DNA from: an uncultured virus (IMG/VR IMGVR_UViG_3300011474_000007)
Lineage: Duplodnaviria; Heunggongvirae; Uroviricota; Caudoviricetes
IMG/VR virus record: IMGVR_UViG_3300011474_000007
Coordinates: 124,001 to 157,535 of that record
DNA: 33,535 nucleotides
Reading direction: 5' to 3' (one strand)
The position numbers were made by a program, and so were the translations under genes. A model generated the notes under the pieces. That model ran no database searches. It had not been told where the DNA came from and saw only the letters and a list, made by a program, of their open reading frames with translations. Of this stretch, positions 1-8,886 are shown in pieces. Each line of letters opens with the position of its first letter. Position 1 is the first letter of the stretch.

Positions 1-2
1 TT

Positions 3-194
3 GATATTACACAATTATATTTAATGATTATTAATGGCATATTAGTAAGACTTATAGCAACAGGTACATATGATTTTAAAGGGAGAAAGAAAGATGATGA
101 TATACAAACTATAAATAATTTTTATGAAAAATTAATAAAAGATACAAATGTAGCTACGTATACAAAAAAATTTAATAATATAATAAAAGGTTAA
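3..194 (+). CDS. 3' part of a small membrane protein, possibly a holin (runs off window start)
   Basis: Open frame DITQLYLMIINGILVRLIATGTYDFKGRKK...KG* ending TAA 192-194; hydrophobic helix followed by a charged tail; not in ORF track. Confidence 0.4.
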   Translation, partial: DITQLYLMIINGILVRLIATGTYDFKGRKKDDDIQTINNFYEKLIKDTNVATYTKKFNNIIKG

Positions 195-217
195 TTTTTA
201 ATAAAGGAGGAATTATT

Positions 218-1438
218 ATGGATGGACAAATTTTATCATTAATACTTGCCTTATCAAAAAAACAAGCACTAAAATACGGTAATATAAGCATTATTAATAT
301 AAATGCTAATACAACAAATGATGGAATAACTTTTGAATTAGCAAATGGAACTAAACATGATATAAAATTAAATAATTTAAATTTTATGAAATTATCAGAG
401 TTTGATAAAAATAATGATGGAGTTATAGATTTAGCTCAGCTTGCTAAAGAATCTAATATGTCAAAAGATAGTAAGAAATTAAATGGTAAAGATTCGAGTT
501 TTTATTTTCAAAAAGATATACATACTACTGATGATATTATAGAAGGAACTAATAATAGATTCTTTAAACAATCTGATAAAGATAAAATTAATAATATATC
601 TGCTCAAATAAATGCTAATCAAAATAATATTAACCAATTAAAATCAGATTTAAATAACAAAAAAGATGAATTAGTAAAATTAAATTCTTCAGATACAGCA
701 GATTACTTAGAAAATAAAATCGATAACAACTCTGTTCAAATAAAGAATAATAAATTAATTGCAAAGTCATTAGATGGCTTAGAAGTTACTATTGCAGAAC
801 TTAATATGCTAAAAGGAATTAAAGATAATATTCAGAAAATGATGGATTTAACTCAAAAGGGTATGCAATTTCGAGGATTTGTAAATACATATGAAGAGTT
901 ATTACAAACCTCTAATGCTAAAACAGGATATACATCAATCGTTAGAGCTGATGAGAATAGTGAAAGTAAACAAATGTTTTATATCTATGATGGTTCAAAT
1001 TGGCAACCAACCTATGAGGTTTCTTCTAAAAATATGGGAAGAGATTTTACTATAGAACCTTTGAATTTGATGGTAGAGACCAAAGGGGTATTATCAGAAA
1101 ATCAAATAGACAAGAGTATAGCAAGAAAAATTGATATAAAAAATAAATTAGATAAAATTGTTAGTGCAACTCAAGATAATATAGTTATATTAAATAAAGA
1201 TGGAACAATAAAAGATAGTGGTAATAATTTAAATGATTATGCTAAAGTTAATCATACACATAAAGAATTAGAAGACAAAATGGCCTTAAAAGAAGACTTA
1301 CACAATCATAATAATAAGGATACTTTAGATAAACTAAGCATAAGTGAAGACGGGAAGTTATTGTTTAATGGCAATTTAATCGAAGGAAATTCTAGTGGTG
1401 GAACAGGAATATCTACATGGAATAAATTTGAATTATAG
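218..1438 (+). CDS. Putative virion structural / tail-fibre-associated protein
   Basis: SD AAGGAGG; coiled-coil stretch, HxH motifs (NHTH, HNHN) as in phage fibre shafts, EF-hand-like DKNNDGVID. Confidence 0.45.
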   Translation: MDGQILSLILALSKKQALKYGNISIININANTTNDGITFELANGTKHDIKLNNLNFMKLSEFDKNNDGVIDLAQLAKESNMSKDSKKLNGKDSSFYFQKDIHTTDDIIEGTNNRFFKQSDKDKINNISAQINANQNNINQLKSDLNNKKDELVKLNSSDTADYLENKIDNNSVQIKNNKLIAKSLDGLEVTIAELNMLKGIKDNIQKMMDLTQKGMQFRGFVNTYEELLQTSNAKTGYTSIVRADENSESKQMFYIYDGSNWQPTYEVSSKNMGRDFTIEPLNLMVETKGVLSENQIDKSIARKIDIKNKLDKIVSATQDNIVILNKDGTIKDSGNNLNDYAKVNHTHKELEDKMALKEDLHNHNNKDTLDKLSISEDGKLLFNGNLIEGNSSGGTGISTWNKFEL

Positions 1439-1450
1439 GAGGTGTAGTTT

Positions 1451-2731
1451 ATGAATATTACTTTTGAAGCTTTATTAGAAAAACCTATAGAAATAGTTTC
1501 AGGTAGGATATATTTCGTAAAAGAGGATAATGATATTAATTTATATTTAGGTAAAAGTGATAAGACATTACAGTATATAGGTAAGCAATTGGGTGATTCT
1601 TCGGTATTACCAACAGAGCTACAAGGGAAATCTATAATGGAAATGTTTGCCTACCTTTTTCAATATGCCAATAGAAATAAGAACAACTTAAAAGTTTTAG
1701 TAGGAAATTCTATTGGCATGGATTATACTACTAAAACAGATGAAGAAATATCAAATGATATTATAAATAGAAAAGATTTAATCTGCAAAGCTTTATCAAA
1801 TAAAGGTGTCATTGCTACAAAATCAGATGAATTATCTACCTATGCAAATAAAATAAATTCAATAGTACAAAACTCTCAAATCAAAAATACAAAATTAAAT
1901 ATAAAAAAAGGAGAAACTAAACAAATTGTATTAACCAATCCTACAGATATTCAAAATGTATGTACAAGTGTACTAGAATATAAAGAAGGTCAAGATAATA
2001 TAGTTAAATACAATTGCGGATTCGACAATGGAGACGCTACAAATTTTGAACATACTGCAAATATAATTTTTGATGGGTATATGAAACAAGATAATAAAGT
2101 TGAAAATGATGCTTTTGTTAAAATACAAGAAAATGAATCCTTTACTGAACATCTATATCATATAAATAAAAGTTTATTTCATACCTTAGATGAAATTGAA
2201 GATTATGAAGATGGCAATATTGAAAAAATTAAATTAACAGGTACTTATTTTCCTACTTTAGTTAAGGCTAGTGATGATATAAGTTTAAATGGAATAAATA
2301 AAATTAATAAAATAATATGGATAGCAAACGATGGGGCTATTTCTAAAAATAGATTGATTTTTTCTTTAGATAGTGGATTAACATGGAAAACTTATGATAC
2401 TATAAACAAAATTTTAATCGATGTCGATATAAATAACTTATATGATATAGAAAATAAAGGATTAACTGTTAAGCAAGTAAATAATTTAACAATAGAAGAT
2501 TTAGATATCTTAAGAAATAATAGTCCAAAGATTAGATTTGGATATTATTTAGAAAAAAACAATGCTTTTGATGAGTTATATAATGATAATATATCTATAC
2601 CAGTTGATATGAAAGGAAGAGATATTCCTAGTTTAAATTATATATGGAGTTTTAATGAAGATGAAAAGACTATAAATTATAAATTTATAGAAGATGGTAC
2701 ATATACAATTATTTATTGTGATAATAATTAA
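1451..2731 (+). CDS. Putative tail/adhesin scaffold protein with an Asp-box
   Basis: SD AGGAGGTG; ALSNKGV...LSTYANKINSI helical motif like Firmicute phage fibre proteins; SLDSGLTW matches SxDxGxTW. Confidence 0.45.
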   Translation: MNITFEALLEKPIEIVSGRIYFVKEDNDINLYLGKSDKTLQYIGKQLGDSSVLPTELQGKSIMEMFAYLFQYANRNKNNLKVLVGNSIGMDYTTKTDEEISNDIINRKDLICKALSNKGVIATKSDELSTYANKINSIVQNSQIKNTKLNIKKGETKQIVLTNPTDIQNVCTSVLEYKEGQDNIVKYNCGFDNGDATNFEHTANIIFDGYMKQDNKVENDAFVKIQENESFTEHLYHINKSLFHTLDEIEDYEDGNIEKIKLTGTYFPTLVKASDDISLNGINKINKIIWIANDGAISKNRLIFSLDSGLTWKTYDTINKILIDVDINNLYDIENKGLTVKQVNNLTIEDLDILRNNSPKIRFGYYLEKNNAFDELYNDNISIPVDMKGRDIPSLNYIWSFNEDEKTINYKFIEDGTYTIIYCDNN

Positions 2732-2782
2732 ATATAAAATAACTTTAAAATATATGATAGATATAAAGGAGATGATTTTTAG

Positions 2783-3493
2783 ATGGATATATCTTCTGAC
2801 TTTAATTTTTATAAAAATTTTAAAAAAGAAGTGATTCCTACAGTGTTAAATCATAAAACTGAGGCATCAAGTCGGTTTGTTAATTCTTATACTGCACTTT
2901 TTGATAAAAATGACAATACTGGGGTTCTTTTTAATGCAGCATATGGAGACAATGAAATAGAATTTAAAATAGATAAAAAATGTAAACTTTATTCATATGG
3001 TACTACATTTTCAGATGCAGGTGGTAATACAAACCAACCAATGGAAATACAAAAATTAAAAGACTCAGGTATATATGAAATTATAGGTTCTACAAATTCA
3101 ACTAATGGACATAATTGGGTTGTTTTGGTAGAAGAACTAGAACCAGGTACTTATAAATTTAAAGCAAAATATCCTAGATATCAAGGGTACAGGCAATGGT
3201 ATTTTGAAAGTATTAATACTAATAAATATCTTATAAAACAAAGCTCAAATTATTATACAATAAAATCCGAATTTTATAAAACTGGTAATTATGAACCTAT
3301 TTCAGAATTAGAAGGAAAAGAAATATTAACTGAAACTGATTTTAAAACTTATGGTATAGATGATTTAAATTTATCAACTGAAACTATCAATACCCAAGTT
3401 GTTAATGGGATTGATAAAGGTAATTTAGGTAGTGGAAAATTATTTGAATTTAATTTAAACAATGAGTTTAAGAATATAAATAATATAAATTAG
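2783..3493 (+). CDS. Beta-sandwich (discoidin/galactose-binding-like) head + KYLIKQ-module protein
   Basis: SD AAGGAG; LFD...GTYKFK...WYFE head similar to the next ORF; junction KYLIKQSSNYY. Confidence 0.45.
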   Translation: MDISSDFNFYKNFKKEVIPTVLNHKTEASSRFVNSYTALFDKNDNTGVLFNAAYGDNEIEFKIDKKCKLYSYGTTFSDAGGNTNQPMEIQKLKDSGIYEIIGSTNSTNGHNWVVLVEELEPGTYKFKAKYPRYQGYRQWYFESINTNKYLIKQSSNYYTIKSEFYKTGNYEPISELEGKEILTETDFKTYGIDDLNLSTETINTQVVNGIDKGNLGSGKLFEFNLNNEFKNINNIN

Positions 3494-3507
3494 AGAGGGA
3501 TGATATT

Positions 3508-4254
3508 ATGGCTGGAATTTCAAAACCTAATGTTGATAGTTTAGGTAAAGAAGCAAAATATACAGTTCTAAGTTGTAAAGATAGAGGTGGTTCAACTCCA
3601 TCAAATTGCGGCTTATTTGATGGTACTACTAATGGAGCATGGGATAGTTCAAAAATTTTTTATTGGCAAGAATCACCTCATTACCTAGAAATAGAAATAT
3701 TATCTTATAGGGTTAATATATGGAGAAGCGGAAATAATTATGGACATCATTCAGAATTAACAATAGAAAAATGGGATGGAGAAAAATATATTGATGTAAC
3801 TAAGATATATCCTCAGGTATTAACATCAATAACAAATTTAGAATGGGAAAAAACAATTTGCAATTTACCAAAAGGCAAATATAAATTTATTCGTAATAAT
3901 GGATATAGATTAGATGCAGAGTGGTATATAGAAGAGATTAAAAGTATTAAATATTTAATTCAGGATAAAAACAATATTTTATACACACTAAATGGAGTTA
4001 ACTTGGTACAAGCTCCATCACAAATATTAGATGAAAATAACTTAATAGATAATGGACTTACAGATACTGATCTAATAACTAAAGATTTATTATTAAGTAA
4101 ATTTGAAAACTTAGAAGGAATTAAATTACTTGTATATACAGATGATTTAGAAAAAAAAGAATGTGAAATGATTTATAATTGTGAGCCTTTTAGACCAATA
4201 GATAAGTTAAAGAAAAATAGTGATATTTGTAATATATTATTTAAGGAAGTGTAG
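3508..4254 (+). CDS. Beta-sandwich head + KYLIQ-module protein, paralog of previous gene
   Basis: LFDG...GKYKF...EWYIE head; junction KYLIQDKNNILY. Confidence 0.45.
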   Translation: MAGISKPNVDSLGKEAKYTVLSCKDRGGSTPSNCGLFDGTTNGAWDSSKIFYWQESPHYLEIEILSYRVNIWRSGNNYGHHSELTIEKWDGEKYIDVTKIYPQVLTSITNLEWEKTICNLPKGKYKFIRNNGYRLDAEWYIEEIKSIKYLIQDKNNILYTLNGVNLVQAPSQILDENNLIDNGLTDTDLITKDLLLSKFENLEGIKLLVYTDDLEKKECEMIYNCEPFRPIDKLKKNSDICNILFKEV

Positions 4255-4267
4255 GAGGTGATACAAG

Positions 4268-5203
4268 ATGAAAGAAACAATAATGTGGAACTCAAATGAC
4301 AAAGATTCAAGGATATTGTTAGATAAAAAAAATTTGAAGGCAAGTACAGATTATGGCTATATAATTGGTGTAAGAGCTAATATAGGAAGAACTTCAGGGA
4401 AATGGTATTGGGAAATTAAGATAAATAATAATACTGGATATCGTCATGTAGGAATTGCAAACTTAGATATGGCTCTTAGTACAGGAACAGGATTTCCCTT
4501 ATCAACTTCTTGGAGAGCATACAGAGGCAATAATGGATATAGCTTAGGAGGTGAAACTAATAATAGTAGTTACGGAGATACTTTTACAGGTGGAGATATA
4601 ATAGGAATAGCCTTGGATTTGGAATTAGGTAAATTAGAGTTTTTTAAAAATGGTGTAAATCAAGGAGTTTCAACAAATACAGTAAATGAAATGGGAGAAG
4701 TATATCCTGTATTTACTGGGGCAGATTTTTCTTGCAATGCTAATTTTGGACTAACTGAATTTGATTTAGCAATATATAATCCTAATATGTGGATGGAACT
4801 AGTAAGACAAGGTTATAAACCATATGATTTAGAAAATGCTAATTGGTTTAAAACTAAAAAATATTTAATAAAACAAAATAGTAATTACTATTCAATAAGC
4901 AATAATTATATAGATTTAGGAATTATAAATAATGATGAAGAGTTAAAGACTATAATAGATGAACATGGTTATAATGATTTATCCATACTCACTAAAGAAT
5001 TAAATACTAAAAAAATACCTACAAAGCTAGAAAATGATTATTACAAATCTTTTGATATTAATTTAAATGACATAAAAGATAGTATAAATCTTATAGAAGA
5101 TGATGATAAAAAATATATTGAATATGTTTGTGATAATTATAAAATATCAGATAAAATCAAGAAAATTAATAATGCTAAATTTGAAGTGTTAATGAAAGAA
5201 TAA
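4268..5203 (+). CDS. SPRY (B30.2) domain protein with KYLIKQ module
   Basis: SGKWYWEIKI, GDIIGIALDLELGKLEFFKNG, VYPVF, ANFG are SPRY signatures; SD AGGAGGTG. Confidence 0.8.
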   Translation: MKETIMWNSNDKDSRILLDKKNLKASTDYGYIIGVRANIGRTSGKWYWEIKINNNTGYRHVGIANLDMALSTGTGFPLSTSWRAYRGNNGYSLGGETNNSSYGDTFTGGDIIGIALDLELGKLEFFKNGVNQGVSTNTVNEMGEVYPVFTGADFSCNANFGLTEFDLAIYNPNMWMELVRQGYKPYDLENANWFKTKKYLIKQNSNYYSISNNYIDLGIINNDEELKTIIDEHGYNDLSILTKELNTKKIPTKLENDYYKSFDINLNDIKDSINLIEDDDKKYIEYVCDNYKISDKIKKINNAKFEVLMKE

Positions 5204-5267
5204 TGAGGAGAATGATATAAAATATTCATTTTAAATAAAATAATTTTAAAATATAATATAGAAAGGA

Positions 5268-6206
5268 ATGATTCTTGTGGGAGCTTTTAAACCAGCTTGG
5301 GATGTTGAGTATGATTGTAGTGTATTGCCTAATGTAGCAACATCGCCTTGGAGTATAAGTGGTGATATAAATTTAATGCATATTATAGATAGAATGTTAT
5401 ATATAAATGATAATTCTACAACTTCTCCCAGTGCCTTGGCAATGAACAATATAATAAGTAGTGATAAAATAACTACATTTGAGTGTGATATAAAAATTAT
5501 AAGTGCTAGTAATTTTCTTTCTTTGCAAATGCAAATCAATGATGACCAAAAAGGAATAGATTTAGGATTAGAATCCAATAAAATAAACATTTTTGACAAT
5601 AGTGCTTATCCATTTCGGATTATAAAATCTATAAATGTAGATTTAACAAATTTTAATAAGATAAAGCTTATTAAATATGGACAAACAAAATTTCAAATTT
5701 ATATAAATGATAAATTAATTGAGGAGAATAATTATTTTTCTAATATAAGAGATTCGAATAGTTTATATATAGGTGCTGGTAGTACACCGAATACTGGAAG
5801 TTGCTATATAAAAAATATAAGATATTGTTTAGATGGAATACCAATTTACTATCCCAATTCTTATTTAATAAATCAAAATAATAATTACTACTCAATTAAT
5901 TCAAATTTTCTTAATCTCGGACAACCTATAGATAATAATCAATTAGAGAATTGGTATAACAAATATAGTTCAGATGATGTAAATATAATAACTCAAAATT
6001 TGCATAATAAAGAATTTCCTATGACTAAAGCTGAAAATGGAATATGGAAAACTGATTTTGAATTAGATATGAATGATGTTACAGATAATATTGACTTGGT
6101 TGATATAAATGAGAACAACAAATCAATTAAATATGATTGTAATGATTATAGAATACTAGATTTATGTGATGATGAATTTGATATAAGAATGTTTAAAGAA
6201 AAATAG
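5268..6206 (+). CDS. ConA/LamG-like beta-sandwich head + YLINQ-module protein (start may be GTG 5277)
   Basis: FQIYINDKLI, LYIGAG, CYIKNIRY are LamG-like strands; junction SYLINQNNNYY. Confidence 0.5.
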   Translation: MILVGAFKPAWDVEYDCSVLPNVATSPWSISGDINLMHIIDRMLYINDNSTTSPSALAMNNIISSDKITTFECDIKIISASNFLSLQMQINDDQKGIDLGLESNKINIFDNSAYPFRIIKSINVDLTNFNKIKLIKYGQTKFQIYINDKLIEENNYFSNIRDSNSLYIGAGSTPNTGSCYIKNIRYCLDGIPIYYPNSYLINQNNNYYSINSNFLNLGQPIDNNQLENWYNKYSSDDVNIITQNLHNKEFPMTKAENGIWKTDFELDMNDVTDNIDLVDINENNKSIKYDCNDYRILDLCDDEFDIRMFKEK

Positions 6207-6239
6207 AGAAGGATTAGATATACACTACACCCTTCTCTA
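6204..6239 (+). terminator. Hairpin at the end of the structural/adhesin operon
   Basis: TAGAGAAGG / CCTTCTCTA 9-bp stem with 18-nt loop; no clear U tract. Confidence 0.4.
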
Positions 6240-6509
6240 GTAAAATGTAATATGGGATTAAAATAGCTAATATTTGATAATGTTAATCATATATTAACAT
6301 AAACCATAAAATATGTAAACCTCGTTTATTTGCTTTGATTTGGCTGTAGAATTTTATTATAGTATAAAAGGTAGCCTATTTATTTTTTAATTTCAAAAGT
6401 TTTCACAGAATTGATGTAAATAATTTAATAAAATTTAAGATAATTATAATGAGATTTATTATTTTTTTCTTATATATAATTATGAATTGAGTTTTGTTAA
6501 TTTATAAAG

Positions 6510-6537
6510 AGGCGACAGAATGTATATTTTGTAATGT
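6510..6537 (+). promoter_or_regulatory. dif-like tyrosine-recombinase site (11-6-11)
   Basis: AGGCGACAGAA-TGTATA-TTTTGTAATGT; central TGTATA as in E. coli dif; inner arms ACAGAA/TTTTGT nearly palindromic; ~80 bp upstream of the Xer-like gene. Confidence 0.6.
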
Positions 6538-6553
6538 TTTTTAAAATCTTATG

Positions 6554-6562
6554 TGTTATAAT
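6554..6562 (+). promoter_or_regulatory. Extended -10 sigmaA promoter for the recombinase
   Basis: TGtTATAAT about 55 nt upstream of ATG 6616. Confidence 0.55.
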
Positions 6563-6615
6563 AGTATCAAGGCTTGTACATGTGTATAAGTCATTAAATA
6601 CTTAGGGTGATATTT

Positions 6616-7434
6616 ATGTATTATCAATTAAATGATTTTAAAAAACATTTATTAAAAAATAAAAAAAGTGAAAAAACTATAGAAGTATACATAAGAGATA
6701 TTAAACACTTTTTATCTTATTTTAAAAACAAACAGTTAAAAGATATTACAAATGATGATATAGACAAATATAAAATATTCATAATTAAGGAATTAGAAAT
6801 GGATGTAAAAACACTGAATAAAAAATTAGTAGCCATTAATCAGTATTTAAAATTTAATGGTGTTGCGGTAGATATAAAACAAGAAAAAGTACAGAGTCAG
6901 AATTTCTTAGATGATATATTCTCCTCTTCTGATTTAGAAAGAATTTTAAGGGCTATTGATAAAAAAAATGATTTAAGAGCTAAAGCAATAATTATGACAT
7001 TGCGTCTAACTGGGATGAGAGTTAGTGAAATGTTACAGTTAACAAAATATGATATTGATAAAGATACCTTAACCATATGTGGTAAAGGTAAAAAATATCG
7101 AAACGTTTTTATATCAGAAAAATTAAGATTAATATGGCGACAATATATGACAGTTAGAATTGATAAAAGTGAAATGCTTTTTACAGGTCAAAAAGGAGCT
7201 ATTACAAGACAAACAGTCGATAAAATTATAAAATATTATACTGGACAAGCAAAAGTAAAAAAATCAAAAGGACATGCACATAATCTAAGGCATAAATTTT
7301 GTAAAGATTTAGTGGATAAGGATGTTCCATTAGATTCTATTGCTGATATTGTGGGCCATGAAAATATTAATACTACGCGTATTTATACTCGTAAAACAAA
7401 AAAAGAATTACTAGATATAATTAATGATATCTAA
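6616..7434 (+). CDS. XerC/D-like tyrosine recombinase
   Basis: Catalytic TGMRVSE, GKGKK, HNLRH, GH...TTRIY; SAM-like N-terminus; ATG 6616 follows SD AGGGTGA (track starts at GTG 6607). Confidence 0.92.
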   Translation: MYYQLNDFKKHLLKNKKSEKTIEVYIRDIKHFLSYFKNKQLKDITNDDIDKYKIFIIKELEMDVKTLNKKLVAINQYLKFNGVAVDIKQEKVQSQNFLDDIFSSSDLERILRAIDKKNDLRAKAIIMTLRLTGMRVSEMLQLTKYDIDKDTLTICGKGKKYRNVFISEKLRLIWRQYMTVRIDKSEMLFTGQKGAITRQTVDKIIKYYTGQAKVKKSKGHAHNLRHKFCKDLVDKDVPLDSIADIVGHENINTTRIYTRKTKKELLDIINDI

Positions 7435-7460
7435 AATTTAATATAAAACTTAATGATTTT

Positions 7461-7485
7461 GAGTAGGTATTGCCTACTCTTTTTT
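7461..7485 (+). terminator. Intrinsic terminator after the recombinase
   Basis: GAGTAGG-TATTG-CCTACTC followed by a T run. Confidence 0.8.
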
Positions 7486-7513
7486 ATTTTGTATTTTAAA
7501 GAGGAGGTATTTT

Positions 7514-8155
7514 ATGCACGGTGAAATATTCACTTATGATGATATGGATAAATTCATAGCCAATGGAGAGGCAAAAATATTAAAAAAATCACAAAGAGTA
7601 GGTGGAAATAATCATTATAGATATTGGGTCAAATATAAAGGGGAAGAATATTTGATTTGTAATCAATGTAGTAAGTATTATCATATTGATTTATTCACAA
7701 GCTCAAAATATGGTTTTGCCAATAAACAACCTTATTGTAAGCAATGCAGAAGTAAAATGCTAAGAAAAGATTATAATAACAATTTTTCTACACATATGTA
7801 TTTAAGATATAAAAGACTAGAACAGACATCAAAACAATATAATATTCCTTATTTATCTTATAATGAATTTATTACATTTGCAAAAACTGTTAAAGAACCA
7901 ATATTTGAATTAACACTAGAAGGCGCTTTTTATAAAAATATGTCTAATGAGTTTGAAATCGAGCATTCACATCCTATCTCAAAAGGAGGAAACAGCTTGT
8001 TAAATAATTTAACTCTTATGCATAAATCATTTAATAGATTTAAAGGTACTATGACATTAGAAGATACGCTTTATTTTGCAAAATTAATTGTAAAACATGA
8101 AGATAAAATAAGAAAGAGTTATTATAATAAACAAATTCAATTAAATATAAAATAA
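7514..8155 (+). CDS. Zinc-finger HNH endonuclease
   Basis: CNQC...CKQC; EIEHSHPISKGG...NNL...FNRFKG HNH motif; SD GAGGAGG. Confidence 0.8.
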   Translation: MHGEIFTYDDMDKFIANGEAKILKKSQRVGGNNHYRYWVKYKGEEYLICNQCSKYYHIDLFTSSKYGFANKQPYCKQCRSKMLRKDYNNNFSTHMYLRYKRLEQTSKQYNIPYLSYNEFITFAKTVKEPIFELTLEGAFYKNMSNEFEIEHSHPISKGGNSLLNNLTLMHKSFNRFKGTMTLEDTLYFAKLIVKHEDKIRKSYYNKQIQLNIK

Positions 8156-8191
8156 TTTAATAATCTATTTAAAAGAAAAGTGGTGATTAAA

Positions 8192-8374
8192 ATGAAATAT
8201 TACTTGTGTTTTTCATGGAGACAAAAGGAGTTTTTAAAGAAAAATGGATTTAAATATGAATTTAAATCTAGACATATTGGAAACGGAAAAGTTTTTTACT
8301 TTTATTTTTGGAGCTACCAATTAGATTTATGTTTAAGGGAGTATAGTGAGATTAAAAGGAGTGTTTTGGAATGA
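8192..8374 (+). CDS. Small phage hypothetical protein (DUF5659-like)
   Basis: SD GGTGA before ATG 8192 (track starts 8180); FLKKNGFKY...H..NGKVFY pattern. Confidence 0.55.
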   Translation: MKYYLCFSWRQKEFLKKNGFKYEFKSRHIGNGKVFYFYFWSYQLDLCLREYSEIKRSVLE

Positions 8375-8466
8375 AAGTTAAAAAGTTTTAAAGGAAAAGA
8401 TAAATTTAATATAAAATAATTTCAAATATACATATAATTTCATACTAAACAAAAGAAGGTGAAGTA

Positions 8467-8691
8467 ATGGATAATGGAAAAACTAAAAAGAATACTAACA
8501 TATTTAATAATAACACCTTACCCTCTCAACATATAACTAAAACACAAATGATACAAATATTATATAAAGATTTACAAAACACACATACAGAATTTCATAA
8601 CTCACATACATTTGATTTCTCTAAAGGATTCATAAAAGGTAAGGAAGATATAATTAGGAAAGTTGAATTATTATTACAAATTTTAGACTAA
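8467..8691 (+). CDS. Hypothetical protein
   Basis: SD GAAGGTGA; last + strand gene before the strand switch. Confidence 0.6.
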   Translation: MDNGKTKKNTNIFNNNTLPSQHITKTQMIQILYKDLQNTHTEFHNSHTFDFSKGFIKGKEDIIRKVELLLQILD

Positions 8692-8828
8692 AATGAAATA
8701 ATTCTTAAAACATCTATTTTAGCTCTTACTTTACCATTCATATATTTTGCCCTACTCCAGAATAAACTTTCTACTACCTATCTATAATTATTGCTTACGA
8801 TATGATATTCATTTAATAAAACAATCTT

Positions 8829-8878
8829 AACCTAGTATTGTGTGGTACGCTTATTCGTACCACACTTAAGCAAGGTCT
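8829..8878 (-). repeat. Hairpin repeat copy A (candidate ncRNA or recombination site)
   Basis: GTGTGGTACG-6nt-CGTACCACAC core; shares ordered blocks with 14036-14090; 8 nt after the NTPase stop. Confidence 0.6.
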
Positions 8879-8886
8879 ATTATTTC

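Noticed and set aside
5246..5599. Minus-strand 117-aa ORF
   Set aside because: Antisense shadow of the 5268-6206 gene, no recognisable motif
6280..6300. Palindrome ATGTTAAT-5-ATTAACAT
   Set aside because: Single AT-rich copy, plausible by chance, with no linked regulator
2783..7434. Diversity-generating retroelement or shufflon acting on the adhesin genes
   Set aside because: No reverse transcriptase, no TR/VR pair, no inverted cassettes; all genes are full length and co-oriented
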